A DNA stretch of 31,588 nucleotides from Alphaproteobacteria bacterium. Lineage in GTDB: Bacteria; Pseudomonadota; Alphaproteobacteria; UBA2136; JAPPOO01. Of the stretch, positions 1-7,738 are shown piece after piece. The position numbers were made by a program, and so were the translations under genes. Position 1 is the stretch's first letter. Every line of letters begins with the position of its first letter. The DNA lies in the NCBI GenBank assembly GCA_049297755.1, contig JBAQUW010000197.1, positions 1 through 31,588 of the forward strand. The letters run 5' to 3'. Under the pieces are notes generated by a model that was given only the letters and a program-made list of their open reading frames with translations, ran no database searches and was not told the origin of the DNA.

Positions 1-61
1 CCCACACACCGCTCAACAGCCTCAGCCGTTGAAACTCGTGTTTGGCAAAGTTGCTAAGTAA
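1..61 (+). CDS. rplM: 50S ribosomal protein L13, 3' end (partial)
   Basis: Frame from position 2 reads PHTAQQPQPLKLVFGKVAK-stop (TAA 59-61). This matches the L13 C-terminal HPHxAQQP motif and lies directly upstream of rpsI. Confidence 0.9.
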   Translation, partial: PHTAQQPQPLKLVFGKVAK

Positions 62-77
62 TTAGGGGAATAAAAAC

Positions 78-509
78 ATGTCTATTCGCGAAAATATCAA
101 AGCCGCCGACCAAAAAGCCGGCCGCTACTACGCCACAGGCAAACGTAAAAACGCCATTGCCCGTGTGTGGCTCTCAAAAGCCAAAAAAGAGGGCAAAATC
201 ACCATCAACGGCCGCACGCTGGAAGACTACTTTGGTCGCCCCGTCAGCCGCATGGTGGTCAACCAACCGTTCCAAGCCACCAACAGCTTGGGTGGGTTCG
301 ACATTAACGCGACCGTTCTCGGTGGCGGTTTGTCTGGCCAAGCCGGCGCCCTGCGCCACGGCATTGCCAAAGCCCTGCAAGCGTTTGATGTTGCCAACCG
401 CGCAACCTTGAAATCACTGGGCTACCTCACCCGCGACCCTCGCGTGGTGGAAAGCAAAAAGTACGGCCAGCACAAAGCCCGCCGTGCCACTCAGTTCTCG
501 AAACGCTAA
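78..509 (+). CDS. rpsI: 30S ribosomal protein S9
   Basis: [46 protein letters not shown] and C-terminal QFSKR motifs; SD-like AGGGGA upstream. Confidence 0.98.
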   Translation: MSIRENIKAADQKAGRYYATGKRKNAIARVWLSKAKKEGKITINGRTLEDYFGRPVSRMVVNQPFQATNSLGGFDINATVLGGGLSGQAGALRHGIAKALQAFDVANRATLKSLGYLTRDPRVVESKKYGQHKARRATQFSKR

Positions 510-525
510 GGCGAGTACTTACGCC

Positions 526-550
526 AACGCCCCTACGGGGGCGTTTGTGT
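526..550 (+). terminator. Intrinsic terminator of rplM-rpsI
   Basis: AACGCCCC-TACG-GGGGCGTT (UNCG-type loop) followed by a broken T-rich tail. Confidence 0.7.
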
Positions 551-592
551 TGAACAGCTCCTATGCAAGAAGAGAGACGGAGTAGCAACAAC

Positions 593-620
593 AAAAAGTA
601 AAGCCGCCCGAAAGGCGGCT
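593..620 (-). terminator. Intrinsic terminator of tRNA-fMet
   Basis: AGCCGCC-CGAAA-GGCGGCT hairpin at 602-620; the A-tract to its left is a U-tract on the minus strand. Confidence 0.7.
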
Positions 621-636
621 AAACATTTGATTTTAT

Positions 637-713
<77 letters not shown>

Positions 714-743
714 ACAGGGACGCTTTAGGTTTGCGTAGTGCGG

Positions 744-794
744 GTTTTACGCGCTTCGTTTCTATTTGTCAAACACTCTTTATCCGCATAGAAT
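744..794. promoter_or_regulatory. Overlapping divergent sigma70-type promoters (tRNA-fMet and DUF883-like gene)
   Basis: Minus strand: TTGACA(772-767)-17 nt-TAAAAC(749-744). Plus strand: TTGTCA(766-771)-17 nt-TAGAAT(789-794). Confidence 0.7.
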
Positions 795-819
795 AAAGCC
801 GAAAGTAAGAGGGCGTTCT

Positions 820-1098
820 ATGGCAAAAACCACCAAACCAGCAGCTAAAAAATCTTCCAAAACAACCATCAGCAGCACGGCTCACACAAGTGAGGGTGCT
901 GAAATGGACAAGCTCCGCGCCGACCTTGACGCCCTTGAAGAGCGCATTGAGGCGCTAGAAGAGCATGATTTGGCACGCAAAGCCGAAGAAGCCTACAGCA
1001 CTGCCAGCAGCACCCTGAAAGAGAAGTATTTAGAAAACCCTACCGCTACTGTTGCCGTGGGCGTGGCCATTCTTTTGTTTATTCTGCTGATTCTGTAG
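820..1098 (+). CDS. Small tail-anchored membrane protein, ElaB/YqjD/DUF883-like
   Basis: ATG at 820 after AGAGGG; Lys-rich N-terminus, coiled-coil middle and C-terminal YLENPTATVAVGVAILLFILLIL, resembling the DUF883 ENP + TM tail. Confidence 0.6.
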   Translation: MAKTTKPAAKKSSKTTISSTAHTSEGAEMDKLRADLDALEERIEALEEHDLARKAEEAYSTASSTLKEKYLENPTATVAVGVAILLFILLIL

Positions 1099-1128
1099 TT
1101 GCCAAAGAGGGGAGCAATCCTTTATAAC
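1099..1128 (+). promoter_or_regulatory. Putative promoter for tRNA-Gly
   Basis: TTGCCA(1099-1104)-18 nt-TATAAC(1123-1128). Confidence 0.55.
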
Positions 1129-1147
1129 CTACCCGTTGGGCACACGC

Positions 1148-1268
1148 AAATTCGGTAGGCCGACTGCGAAAATGGGGCTGGGCGAGAACCGTACCGCAGC
1201 GTACAGGTAAGTACGTGAGGAACGGAAGCGCAGACCATACACATTTGCAGCGCGGACTACTAGAATTT
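1148..1268. repeat. ~120-bp imperfect palindromic element, RPE-1-like
   Basis: Nested inverted arms AAATTCGGTAG..CTACTAGAATTT, CTGCGAAAATG..CATTTGCAG and GGGCTGGGC..GCGCAGACC. The core ACCGCAGCGTACAggtaAGTACGTGAGGA resembles the Rickettsia palindromic element RPE-1 core as I recall it. Confidence 0.65.
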
Positions 1269-1292
1269 CCCCAAGCCTCAAGCCACCCCCAC

Positions 1293-1366
1293 GCGGGTAT
1301 AGCATAGTGGTAATGCCTTAGCCTTCCAAGCTAATGAGAGGGGTTCGATTCCCCTTACCCGCTCCA
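1293..1366 (+). tRNA. tRNA-Gly (anticodon TCC)
   Basis: GCGGGTA...TTAGC-CT-TCC-AA-GCTAA...AGGGG-TTCGATT-CCCCT-TACCCGC-TCCA; 74-nt cloverleaf with encoded CCA. Confidence 0.97.
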
Positions 1367-1378
1367 ATTAACCCCTAT

Positions 1379-1438
1379 CGGGGTAGACTGGTGGAAAGGG
1401 GTAGCTCGCAAGCTTCGGTTCCCCTTACCCGCTCCAAT
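1379..1438 (+). repeat. Degenerate tandem copy of tRNA-Gly (T arm and 3' acceptor strand retained, anticodon arm absent)
   Basis: 1414-1438 TTCGGTTCCCCTTACCCGCTCCAAT matches 1344-1368 at 24 of 25 nt. The T-stem 5' strand AGGGG and a GGGTA acceptor-like 5' strand lie upstream. Confidence 0.85.
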
Positions 1439-1483
1439 AAGCCCTTCGGGCAATTTTTTCCAAAAGAGGCTTCCAAGCCCGCA

Positions 1484-2098
1484 CTACTCAGCCCTGCGGG
1501 GTATTCTTGTTCTACGGTAGAGAATAATAAGCACCAACGTTAAATTCATGGCCACCATGGCTATGGGGTAAAAGATGGTGGCAACAGAAAGCGTTGCCAT
1601 TGCTGGAATGGTGAGGACATGTTTGACCACATTGATAGACCAAGAGGAGAGCGATTCTGTATCGGGCGCATGCCATGTTTTGCGGTAGGTGGGAATGGCG
1701 CCAAGAATTTCGATGAGTGTGGCCAACACCACGGAAAAAGTTGGATCTTTAGTTAATAGCCACGGAATAACAGACACGATAGCTAAGCCACCGAATGCTT
1801 TATCGGTTGCTGTAATATCTTTGGTGCCATAGCGGGGGCAAAGTACAATAACGCCCGCGCATAGCAGGGTGGAAAGAATCAGGCTCCACATGCCTGGGCC
1901 GCCGCCAGAGGCAACGCCGCCTGCAACGGCAATGGTAGAAACCAAGGTCCACACCACATAGGTATAAAGGTGGGGCTTTACCCGCCCTGCAAAAATGCCA
2001 ATATAGTAGGGCACATAACACACCAATGCCAATACGGACGCCAGCAACCCTAGCCACATTTGCAGGTGCGGTTCAAGCATGGCAGTATGCCCTATCAT
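1484..2098 (-). CDS. Hypothetical multi-pass membrane protein with a PQ-loop-like two-repeat layout
   Basis: About 7 hydrophobic segments; repeats YVPYYIGIF..KPHLYTYVVW and IPTYRKTW..ESLSSW. ATG at 2098 overlaps the mrcA stop (TGATG); alternative start at 2080. Confidence 0.7.
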   Translation of the reverse strand: MIGHTAMLEPHLQMWLGLLASVLALVCYVPYYIGIFAGRVKPHLYTYVVWTLVSTIAVAGGVASGGGPGMWSLILSTLLCAGVIVLCPRYGTKDITATDKAFGGLAIVSVIPWLLTKDPTFSVVLATLIEILGAIPTYRKTWHAPDTESLSSWSINVVKHVLTIPAMATLSVATIFYPIAMVAMNLTLVLIILYRRTRIPRRAE

Positions 2099-4542
2099 CA
2101 ATACAACCCGTACGTCGTCACATCATCTTCGCCCACGGGGGTAAGGCCGCCGCCGGTGCCATAGCTTTGGGGTTCGGTGCCTTCAATAAACACTTCGGTC
2201 AGGGTGTTGTTGCTGCTAGGTGTCGGCAACGTGCCTGTGTCGGCATCAATTTTCACAAAGGTCACGCCTTCTGGCACTTGGAACACCTCGGTGGGCGTCC
2301 CTTTTAAGGTGCGCTCCATAATGCCTTTCCAAATGGGGGCGGCTACCGTGCCACCTGCCTCGCCTTTGCCAAGGCTTTGGGGTTGGTCAAAGCCAATCCA
2401 CACGCCTAACACCACGCTGGGGGTGTAGCCGATAAACCAGGCGTCTTTATAATCGTTGGTGGTACCCGTTTTACCAGCCACAGGGCGGCCTAGGGTGTTG
2501 ATAGACCGTGCCGTACCGCGTTGAATGACACCTTGCATCATGCTCGTCATTTGGTAGGCCACTTGGGGGCTGAGCACGCGGCGGCCTTTCACCTGTGGCA
2601 CAGGCGGGGTGGTGTGGGCATAGCCGCCGCCACTGGGTTGGCATTCGGTGCACAAGCCATTTTGCCGATACACGCTTTGCCCCGTACCGTCTTGAATACG
2701 GCTGATAAAATACGGCGCCACTTTCAACCCTTGGTTAGGGAAAATGGTGTAAGCCCCCACCATGTCATACAACGTAAAGCTGCCTGTACCCAAGGCCACA
2801 GCCAAGTCGCTGTGGCTCAGGCCAGAAAGGCCAAAGCGGTCGGCCATGCGCACCACATTGCTCAGCCCCACATCTTGCGCCAAGCGAATGGTAATAAGGT
2901 TGCGCGATTGCTCCAACCCGCGCCGCAAGGTGGAAGGGCCATAAATGCGCTCGGTATAGTTGCTGGGCTTCCACGATTGATCGCCGTTACGAAATACCAC
3001 AGGCGCATCGAGCATAATGCTGGCAGGCGTATACCCCTGCTCCATGGCTGTCGCATACACAATAGGTTTAAATGAGGAGCCGGGTTGCCGCTTGGCCTGC
3101 ACGGCGCGGTTATATCCTTCGCCATCGCCAAGGCCACCCACCATGGCGCGCACGGCACCCGTGCGGGCATCCATGGCCACCACCGCCCCTTGCACAGCGG
3201 GGAGCTGTTCCAGCATATAACCGCCATCTTTGTTGGCTTTGGTGAAAATCACATCGCCCACCGCCAGCACATCGGCCACTTTTTTAACACTGGGGCCCAC
3301 GCTATCGGGCGTTTTGTAAGCCCGTGCCCATGCCATATCGGCCAAGGCAATGGTACCTTCGGTGCCATCAGGCAGGCCAATTTTGGCGCTATTGGCGGTC
3401 ACTTCCAGCACCACAGCTACCGCCCCTGCCCGATGATATTCCTGCCATTTGCCCGCCTCTTGCAGCAAGTCTTGCTGCCAATTGACCAATAGCGGCAGGC
3501 GGCCTAAGGGGCCACGCCAGCCATGGCGGCGGTCATACACGCGCAGGCCTTCATATAAGGCTTGTTCAGCGGTTTTTTGAATATCGAGGTCAAGCGTGGT
3601 ATGAATTTTCAACCCGCCATTATACAGCGCATCTTCATCGTACGTTTGCAGCACTTCGCGGCGCACCAGCTCGCTAAAGTGGGGGGCAATGCGGGTTTGT
3701 TCCAAGGCTGTGGGGGCAATTTCCAAGGGGGTAGCAATGGTGGCATCGGCATCGGTAGCGCTAATAAACCCTTCGGTTTCCATGCGGCGCACCACCACAT
3801 CGCGCCGCGCTTGGGCACGTTGGGGGTTGCTGACAGGGTTATAGCGGCTGGGCGCTTTAGGCAGGCCCGCCAGCAAAGCGCGCTCGCCAATGGTCAGCTC
3901 GGTCAAGTCTTTGTTAAAATAGGTGCGGGCAGCCGCCGTCACGCCATAGGCCCCATTCCCCAAATAAATTTGGTTCAAATACAATTCTAAAATTTGGTCT
4001 TTGCTGAGCGTTGCTTCAATGCGGCGGCTCAGAATAATCTCTTTAATTTTGCGGGTATAGGTGCGCTCGCTGGAAAGCAAAAAGGTTTTAGCCACCTGCT
4101 GCGTAATGGTACTAGCCCCCTGCATGCGGTTGGTGAGCAGGTTCACCAACATAGCGCGCACAATGGCTTTCATATCAAAGCCATTGTGGCTGTAAAACCC
4201 TGTATCTTCCGCGGCCAAATAGGCGTTAATCACATCTTGCGGAATATCACGAATGGGCGTGTAAATGCGGCGCTCGCGGGCATATTCGCTCAGCACTTGG
4301 CCATCGGCGTCATAAATTTTGGTAATCAGGCTGGGGCGATATTCCGCCAGCGTATGCACATCGGGCAATTGGCGGGCGTAGTGGTTATACACCATCCATA
4401 AAGCAATCAGGGCACAAATGCCCGCCACCAACATCAGGCCCAGCAAGGCTTTAACCCACCAAGGCCATGGCCACCAGCGGCGTGCGGGTTTTTGCCCTTT
4501 GGGGCTACGGTTACGCTGAAACAGGTTGGTGACATCATCCAT
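2098..4542 (-). CDS. mrcA: Penicillin-binding protein 1A (transglycosylase/transpeptidase)
   Basis: N-terminal TM; transglycosylase motifs AAEDTGFYSH, QGASTITQQVAK, RKIKE, LELYLN; transpeptidase SxxK (GSSFKP), SRN and KTGT. Start trimmed to ATG 4542. Confidence 0.95.
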   Translation of the reverse strand: MDDVTNLFQRNRSPKGQKPARRWWPWPWWVKALLGLMLVAGICALIALWMVYNHYARQLPDVHTLAEYRPSLITKIYDADGQVLSEYARERRIYTPIRDIPQDVINAYLAAEDTGFYSHNGFDMKAIVRAMLVNLLTNRMQGASTITQQVAKTFLLSSERTYTRKIKEIILSRRIEATLSKDQILELYLNQIYLGNGAYGVTAAARTYFNKDLTELTIGERALLAGLPKAPSRYNPVSNPQRAQARRDVVVRRMETEGFISATDADATIATPLEIAPTALEQTRIAPHFSELVRREVLQTYDEDALYNGGLKIHTTLDLDIQKTAEQALYEGLRVYDRRHGWRGPLGRLPLLVNWQQDLLQEAGKWQEYHRAGAVAVVLEVTANSAKIGLPDGTEGTIALADMAWARAYKTPDSVGPSVKKVADVLAVGDVIFTKANKDGGYMLEQLPAVQGAVVAMDARTGAVRAMVGGLGDGEGYNRAVQAKRQPGSSFKPIVYATAMEQGYTPASIMLDAPVVFRNGDQSWKPSNYTERIYGPSTLRRGLEQSRNLITIRLAQDVGLSNVVRMADRFGLSGLSHSDLAVALGTGSFTLYDMVGAYTIFPNQGLKVAPYFISRIQDGTGQSVYRQNGLCTECQPSGGGYAHTTPPVPQVKGRRVLSPQVAYQMTSMMQGVIQRGTARSINTLGRPVAGKTGTTNDYKDAWFIGYTPSVVLGVWIGFDQPQSLGKGEAGGTVAAPIWKGIMERTLKGTPTEVFQVPEGVTFVKIDADTGTLPTPSSNNTLTEVFIEGTEPQSYGTGGGLTPVGEDDVTTYGLY

Positions 4543-4600
4543 TGCCCACAAGGTAAAAGAATTTGTAACTTTATGAAAGGGGTGACGCATAAAAAAGCAC

Positions 4601-4628
4601 AAAAAAAGCGGGCACTCCCGCTTTTTTT
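4601..4628 (-). terminator. Intrinsic terminator after nusG
   Basis: AAAAAAAGCGGG-CACT-CCCGCTTTTTTT; symmetric A/T tails. Confidence 0.85.
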
Positions 4629-4642
4629 GCAACCTGCACAGG

Positions 4643-5431
4643 TTAGACTTTTTCCACCTGTTTGTATTCCAAATCAATGGGGGTAGCGCGGCCAAAGATA
4701 GACACACTCACGCGCAGGCGCTGTTTGTCGTCTTCCACCATATCCACCGTGCCTTGGAAGCTGTTGAATGGCCCATCAATCACGCGCACATTCTCACCCA
4801 CTTCAAACACAATACCGCTGGTGGGGGTGTCTACCCCTTCGCTCATTTGGCGCAGAATGTTCTCGGCTTCTTTGTTGCTAATGGGCAAAGGCTTGCGGCC
4901 ATGCTCGGCACCAATAAAGCTGGTAATGTGAGGGATACTTTTAATCAAGTGCCACACATCATCGCTCATCACGCACTTCACCAGCACATAGCCGGGGAAG
5001 AACTTGCGGTCAGTATCCACTTTTTGGCCTTTTTTAATTTCAGTCACTTTTTCAACGGGAATGAGAATTTCCTCGATGAGATTTTGCATCCCTTGCAGCA
5101 GGCGCTGCTCACGAATCAAGCTCTGCACGCGCTTCTCGTAGTTGCTTTGGGTTTGCACCACATACCAGCGGAACTTGGCATCGGCGGGCAATGGGCGCAC
5201 GGGCACGCGGCTCACCAAGCTCTCCAAATTCACCTCGTGGGCGCCTTTTTTAATTTTCTCAGCCTTCAGTTTGGCAGCTTTTACCTTGAGGCTTTTGGCT
5301 TTGGGTGCCTTGGCCTTCACCGATTTGGTGGAAACTTTTTTCACCTCAGCCGCTTCGGCTTTAGCGCGCGCGGCTTTGGGGCCAGCTTTAGGGGCAGATT
5401 TTTTGGCTTTGGTTTTGGTCGCAGTTGCCAT
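4643..5431 (-). CDS. nusG: Transcription termination/antitermination factor NusG with a long Lys/Ala-rich N-terminal extension
   Basis: RWYVVQTQSNYEKRV, KFFPGYVLV, KOW motif GENVRVIDGPFNSFQG and VSIFGRATPIDLEYKQVEK; directly downstream of secE. ATG 5431 follows a purine-rich stretch. Confidence 0.95.
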   Translation of the reverse strand: MATATKTKAKKSAPKAGPKAARAKAEAAEVKKVSTKSVKAKAPKAKSLKVKAAKLKAEKIKKGAHEVNLESLVSRVPVRPLPADAKFRWYVVQTQSNYEKRVQSLIREQRLLQGMQNLIEEILIPVEKVTEIKKGQKVDTDRKFFPGYVLVKCVMSDDVWHLIKSIPHITSFIGAEHGRKPLPISNKEAENILRQMSEGVDTPTSGIVFEVGENVRVIDGPFNSFQGTVDMVEDDKQRLRVSVSIFGRATPIDLEYKQVEKV

Positions 5432-5472
5432 GAGGTGCTCTTTCTTTTCGTTATCGGTCAAATTGTAAAATA

Positions 5473-5664
5473 TTAAACGCCCAAAATCCAGTTCATGCTC
5501 ACAGTAATGGCCATATCTACCAACATCAGGTAAATAGAAACAATCACCACCAGCACAAACACCATCAGCGTCATCACACGGGTATCGGCAAGGCTTGGCC
5601 ATGTCACCTTACCCGCTTCACTTTTCACGTCGCGCATAAACTTCATACTTTTGGCGATGCTCAT
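5473..5664 (-). CDS. secE: Preprotein translocase subunit SecE
   Basis: FMRDVKSEAGKVTWPS motif plus a single TM; AAGGA SD; upstream of nusG. Confidence 0.93.
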   Translation of the reverse strand: MSIAKSMKFMRDVKSEAGKVTWPSLADTRVMTLMVFVLVVIVSIYLMLVDMAITVSMNWILGV

Positions 5665-5743
5665 GGTATTTTCCTTTACTTTCAGATAGTTAAATCCGAA
5701 TTTCCTTCTTAAAAAGGACCCCCCTCGGCCCTCTCGTACCGCA

Positions 5744-5788
5744 TATATAGGCCGCCCGCTTGCATACGTCAAGGGTTTAGGCTATATT
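5744..5788. promoter_or_regulatory. Overlapping divergent promoters (secE-nusG and 57-aa ORF)
   Basis: Minus: TTGACG(5772-5767)-17-TATATA(5749-5744). Plus: TTGCAT(5760-5765)-17-TATATT(5783-5788). Confidence 0.6.
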
Positions 5789-5827
5789 TTTAGCTCACCC
5801 CCTCACGTTTAGAAGGAACCTCCGCTT

Positions 5828-6001
5828 ATGTTTGAGTTTTCTATGAAACTAGCCGAACTGCGGGAAGAACGGCGCATCAACGCCCTCACCCCCGACCAAA
5901 GAGCGCAAGAACTTGCAGAGCTGCGCAAACTGATGCGCTTTCTCGCAATCACCTTCACCATAGCCAGCCTTGTGCTGCTGGCAGTGGTAAAACTGGCCTA
6001 A
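5828..6001 (+). CDS. 57-aa hypothetical protein with a C-terminal TM helix (absent from the ORF track)
   Basis: MFEFSMKLAELREERRINALTPDQRAQELAELRKLMRFLAITFTIASLVLLAVVKLA; SD AGAAGGA upstream, with its own promoter and terminator. Confidence 0.75.
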   Translation: MFEFSMKLAELREERRINALTPDQRAQELAELRKLMRFLAITFTIASLVLLAVVKLA

Positions 6002-6004
6002 GCT

Positions 6005-6030
6005 GCGCCCACCGTAAGGTGGGCGTTTTT
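6005..6030 (+). terminator. Intrinsic terminator between convergent genes
   Basis: GCGCCCACC-GTAA-GGTGGGCGT followed by a T-run. Confidence 0.85.
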
Positions 6031-6040
6031 GATAACCACA

Positions 6041-6496
6041 TTATGGCGCAACGCCTTTTTCCATCACACACTCGGTATACATTTCGTTATGTGCATAGGC
6101 GCGGATAAACAGATTCACAGGCCGCACCAGTTCAGCATCTTCGCCTATAGGCAACCACAGCAGCTCGCTGGCTTTAGCAGGCTCGGCATTATGGGGGGTT
6201 CCTTCCCACCGGTGGCATTTAAAATAGTAATTGGCGTAATGGTCGCCACCGGCCTCATCTTCAAAAAAATATTGGCTATGAATCAGCTCCACCTCGGCAG
6301 GCTTCACCACCACGCCCACTTCTTCCAGCACTTCGCGCATCACAGCCACGGTCGGGCGTTCATAGGCTTCAATATGGCCACTGGGCAGGGTCAGCTTGCC
6401 ATCAGCCCAGCCCGTATTGGCACGGCGCAAAGCACAAAATTTCCCATTTTGCTCCAATAACGCAAACACGGCGGTATGAATAGCCAGCTTAGCCAC
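6041..6496 (-). CDS. NUDIX hydrolase
   Basis: Nudix box PSGHIEAYERPTVAVMREVLEEVGV and WEGTPHNAEP motif. GTG at 6496, overlapping the DUF502 end, is the likely start. Confidence 0.85.
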   Translation of the reverse strand: MAKLAIHTAVFALLEQNGKFCALRRANTGWADGKLTLPSGHIEAYERPTVAVMREVLEEVGVVVKPAEVELIHSQYFFEDEAGGDHYANYYFKCHRWEGTPHNAEPAKASELLWLPIGEDAELVRPVNLFIRAYAHNEMYTECVMEKGVAP

Positions 6497-7190
6497 GGCG
6501 TTTGGCTCCCTTTTTAGCAGCACTGCCAGCAGCCTGCGGCGTAATAATGCCGCCAGAAATCACCAACTTCAGCCCTTGTTCAATGGTCATATCCAGCTTC
6601 ACCAAATCTTTCCGTGGCACAAACAGCAAAAAGCCGCTGGTGGGGTTGGGAGTGGTGGGGAAAAACACATTCACCACTTCGTCATCAGTCAGCGTTTGCA
6701 CCTGCCCTTTGGTGGTGCCCGTCACAAACCCAATGGCCCAAATGCCTTTGCGGGGGAACTCGAACAGCACCACTTCGCGGAACGCCTCGGTGTTGTTCAC
6801 CGTCACCGTTTCTAGCACCTGCTTAAAAGCGCTGTACACACTGCGCACCACAGGAATACGATCCAGCACATCTTCCCACACCCGTACCAACCAGCGGCCT
6901 ATAAAGTTGCGGGTGAGCAAGCCTGCCAGCATCACCACCACCAAACCAGCTACCAAACCGCTGCCATACACATGGGTGCCCAGCATGGCTTGGCTAGAGA
7001 ATTCATCAGGCAACAGGCCGCTCAATAGCCCGTCTAACCACGTCACCAAACTGTATAAAAAATAGCCGGTCAACACTGCGGGCGCCGTCACCAAAATACC
7101 CGTTAAAAAAATGTTACGCAGCTTGCCCAGCAGGCCATGGTTTTCTGCTTTAGGGGCAGAGGTTGGGGTAGGAAGAGGCGTCTGTATCAT
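6489..7190 (-). CDS. DUF502 family membrane protein
   Basis: FLTGIL, RIPVVRSVYSAFKQ, VVLFEFPRKGIWAIGFVT, FFPTTPNPTSGFLLFVP and ISGG motifs. Confidence 0.9.
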   Translation of the reverse strand: MIQTPLPTPTSAPKAENHGLLGKLRNIFLTGILVTAPAVLTGYFLYSLVTWLDGLLSGLLPDEFSSQAMLGTHVYGSGLVAGLVVVMLAGLLTRNFIGRWLVRVWEDVLDRIPVVRSVYSAFKQVLETVTVNNTEAFREVVLFEFPRKGIWAIGFVTGTTKGQVQTLTDDEVVNVFFPTTPNPTSGFLLFVPRKDLVKLDMTIEQGLKLVISGGIITPQAAGSAAKKGAKRRG

Positions 7191-7729
7191 GCCGCTTGCT
7201 CCTGTTGGCAGGTTCTCTCCGCATAATACGCTGCACTGTCAGCCCATTGCAACAGGGTAAAGCTGCCATTGTCTTCCTTACGCCACTGGCCCATGCAGCA
7301 CACATGGCTGGTGCCGTTCAAAATAGGCTCTAAAAACACTTTATGGTCGGCCATCACGGCGGGGTTGGCCATAATCTCTTCAGGCGTCAGCCAGTTCAAC
7401 GCGCCATCGGGGCTTACGGGGTTAAACGTGCCGCGGAAGGCTTCCGCCGTAAAAATATAAATCACGCCCGCAGGGTTGTATGGGTCACTGGTGGTAAAGG
7501 TATAACTGCCGCGTAAATTGAGGGCTAAAGGGGTCAGCCCCGTCTCCTCCTCATACTCCCGCACCGCTGCGCTATAAATATCCTCTCCGGGCTCTACCTT
7601 GCCACCGGGTGCCGAAACCGCATTGGGCAGAATTTTCTTATCCGCCGCGCGTTTCAGCATCAGCACCCGCCCATTCACCCGCAAATAAACAAGGGTGAGG
7701 ACTTGGAGAGGAGCGCCTTGGAAGTTCAT
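7187..7729 (-). CDS. NUDIX hydrolase (MutT/8-oxo-dGTPase-like)
   Basis: Canonical Nudix box PGGKVEPGEDIYSAAVREYEEETGL. Confidence 0.88.
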   Translation of the reverse strand: MNFQGAPLQVLTLVYLRVNGRVLMLKRAADKKILPNAVSAPGGKVEPGEDIYSAAVREYEEETGLTPLALNLRGSYTFTTSDPYNPAGVIYIFTAEAFRGTFNPVSPDGALNWLTPEEIMANPAVMADHKVFLEPILNGTSHVCCMGQWRKEDNGSFTLLQWADSAAYYAERTCQQEQAA

Positions 7730-7738
7730 TTGACTTAT

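Noticed and set aside
1132..1141. CCCGTTGGGC shared with 8892-8901, each just downstream of a promoter
   Set aside because: Only 10 bp in two copies, which is compatible with chance.
1334..1543. 69-aa ORF with an internal repeat
   Set aside because: It overlaps tRNA-Gly and its duplicated 3' end; the peptide repeat merely reflects the DNA repeat.
4543..4707. Long N-terminal extensions of mrcA, sodB, secF, secE, dacA and the M50 peptidase shown in the ORF track
   Set aside because: They overlap terminators, promoters or neighbouring genes; downstream ATGs fit the family lengths and the promoter/SD positions.
4754..5476. 240-aa plus-strand ORF
   Set aside because: Antisense to nusG, with typical shadow-frame composition.
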